Positions 62,405 to 64,000 of a DNA stretch of 64,000 nt are shown one piece after another. The notes beneath the pieces were generated by a model. The model did no database searches, had not been told where the DNA came from, and saw nothing but the letters and a program-made list of their open reading frames with translations. Made by a program: the position numbers and the translations under genes. Each line of letters begins with the position of its first letter. Position 1 is the first letter of the stretch. The stretch comes from Bigelowiella natans CCMP2755 (Eukaryota; Protista; Cercozoa). The stretch lies in assembly GCA_000320545.1 (NCBI GenBank), contig ADNK01000566.1, positions 57,659-121,658 on the forward strand, given 5' to 3'.

Positions 62405-63479
62405 TGAGTCCAAGTCCAAATTACATAGAAGATATGCGTATCGATAAAGATGATCATTCGGTGTACAAATTCTGTGAGACATACTACAACTAAAATTTGC
62501 CCGAACAGAAATTACATTCATGGCGGTTCAAACGTAACGGCGCCCATCGCATGACATCGCCGGCGACCTTGCATACCGCATTTACATGTGATTTGACACA
62601 CAGTGGATCGAGGCCACGCTACGTGTGTCATGACCTGTACATGGGGGTTCAGTGTTGGCCTTGCATTGTGCAAGTCATGGTACATGGCATCATGCATTTT
62701 CTTGCATCGTTCTGGAGGTCAAGGCAAGAGTTTGCGAATGGGAAGGGTGTCGCGTGTCGCGTGTCGCGGCCTTGCATGATCGGTGCCGGTATACGACATG
62801 CAAGCACACGTACGTACCAGCGGTGCAGTATATGCGCAGGCTAGCAGGGCACGTGCTAGCGCGACTGCCAATGCAATGTGTGCATGCAACATTGCAGCTT
62901 TTTTTTAGAGTCGGGGCAAAAATAGTGGAGCTTGCTTTCCAAAAATTTTTGAAAAATTGGACGGATTTGGCTGCATCGTGTTTTCGAATAAAATTGATAT
63001 TGCTGCTAGAAAATATCTAGACACCGCGGACACACAGCGTAGAATCGAAACAGCGGTTACCATTATATCACGCGGCACTTTTTTAATATGGAGAAACCTA
63101 GTATATTGCTCTTTTTACAACAAAAACAATCATTATATGTTTAATAGGTATACGCACAGCGACTAGGATCGGATGACGTTGAACTATTCATTGCTATGAT
63201 GTGCGATTTGAAGCATTTCTTGTACACTGACGACTTTCTCACGAGGCTTTCCGATTGCCTGTAAAGTGCGAGCACCATGCATTAGGTCCCACATCCAATC
63301 AAAGGCATATGAAAATGAGAAATGTCTTCTACGAGCATCATTGCGATTTACACGTGCTCTCCAGCACAGCCACAAAACTTGAATCAATACACATGTTATC
63401 CAACTATATCACTCTTCTTTTCATGATCGAATTGTAGGGAAAATCAAGCTGATTTCCCCAATGTATTTAAAATGCAAAA

Positions 63480-63562
63480 CATATATTATTCTGTGCACGA
63501 CTCATTGACACTGTGTGAATCGCAATTTGCAGCCCGGAACGAAGCTATCACAGCACATAACC

Positions 63563-63626
<64 letters not shown>

Positions 63627-63960
63627 AGATTTGGCGATTTACCTGTTCCCTTCACTGTCTCCACACGTTCAATTGAACGCCATCCCTATAGCGATGGGAA
63701 TTGTATGGGGAGGGAGAGAGGCCAGGAAACATTACAAATCGATTTCAGCACAGATTTAAAACCGTTGTTATTTAAACCACACACGCACACATTCCGCCCA
63801 CCTTTGTGTCCACAATCAGCTTACAGCCATCCTTCCCTCCGACTAAGAGTCCGTCTTCATTCCGAGCCAGTCGAAGGGCATCCTCCTCTGCCATCTTCGT
63901 GGTTTTAGATCCTCCCAATTTCCCAGCATCAAGGTCCTCGCTGAAGAACGACACCAAAAT
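63480..63960 (-). CDS. 3' portion of an unidentified gene extending beyond the window
   Basis: Exon-like VSFFSEDLDAGKLGGSKTTKMAEEDALRLARNEDGLLVGGKDGCKLIVDTK followed by a GT donor, with further short AG/GT-bounded segments. Confidence 0.4.
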
Positions 63961-64000
63961 CCACCGAGAAGGAGGGGAGGGGGGGGCGGGGGGAGGGGGA

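Noticed and set aside
1-64000. tRNA, rRNA, autonomous transposase or RT genes
   Set aside because: None recognised by eye; a covariance-model scan would be needed to exclude small RNAs.

Overview
Eukaryotic nuclear DNA from an intron-rich, microsatellite-rich, gene-dense genome. GT-AG introns, signal-plus-transit-type leaders on apparent plastid proteins and a flagellar IFT gene suggest a secondary-plastid alga such as a chlorarachniophyte (inference only). About 19 gene models can be spliced by eye. Confidently recognisable: UBA5 and UFL1 (E1 and E3 of the UFM1 pathway), YJU2B/CCDC130, CLUAP1/IFT38, prefoldin 5, a Tim17/22/23-family protein, a dienelactone hydrolase, a tandem DUF1330 protein, an alpha/beta hydrolase and an ankyrin protein. 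Less usual architectures: a six-SAP-motif + EEP (DNase I-like) nuclease, an SH3b-SH3b-PH-like protein, an apparently catalytically degenerate Nth/HhH protein, UFL1 with a SAM-like insert, and an ankyrin protein with four freshly duplicated exon+intron units ending in a CaaX box. The most striking non-coding signals are (1) sharply bounded intergenic zones almost devoid of TpA, with survivors mostly in CTAG, which suggests a repeat-targeted TA->TG/CA mutational process opposite in direction to fungal RIP, and (2) a dispersed GCTACATTAGGATGAC repeat family that sits in tail-to-tail intergenic spacers. Multi-exon coordinates are outer bounds from manual splicing; several 5' ends are uncertain.
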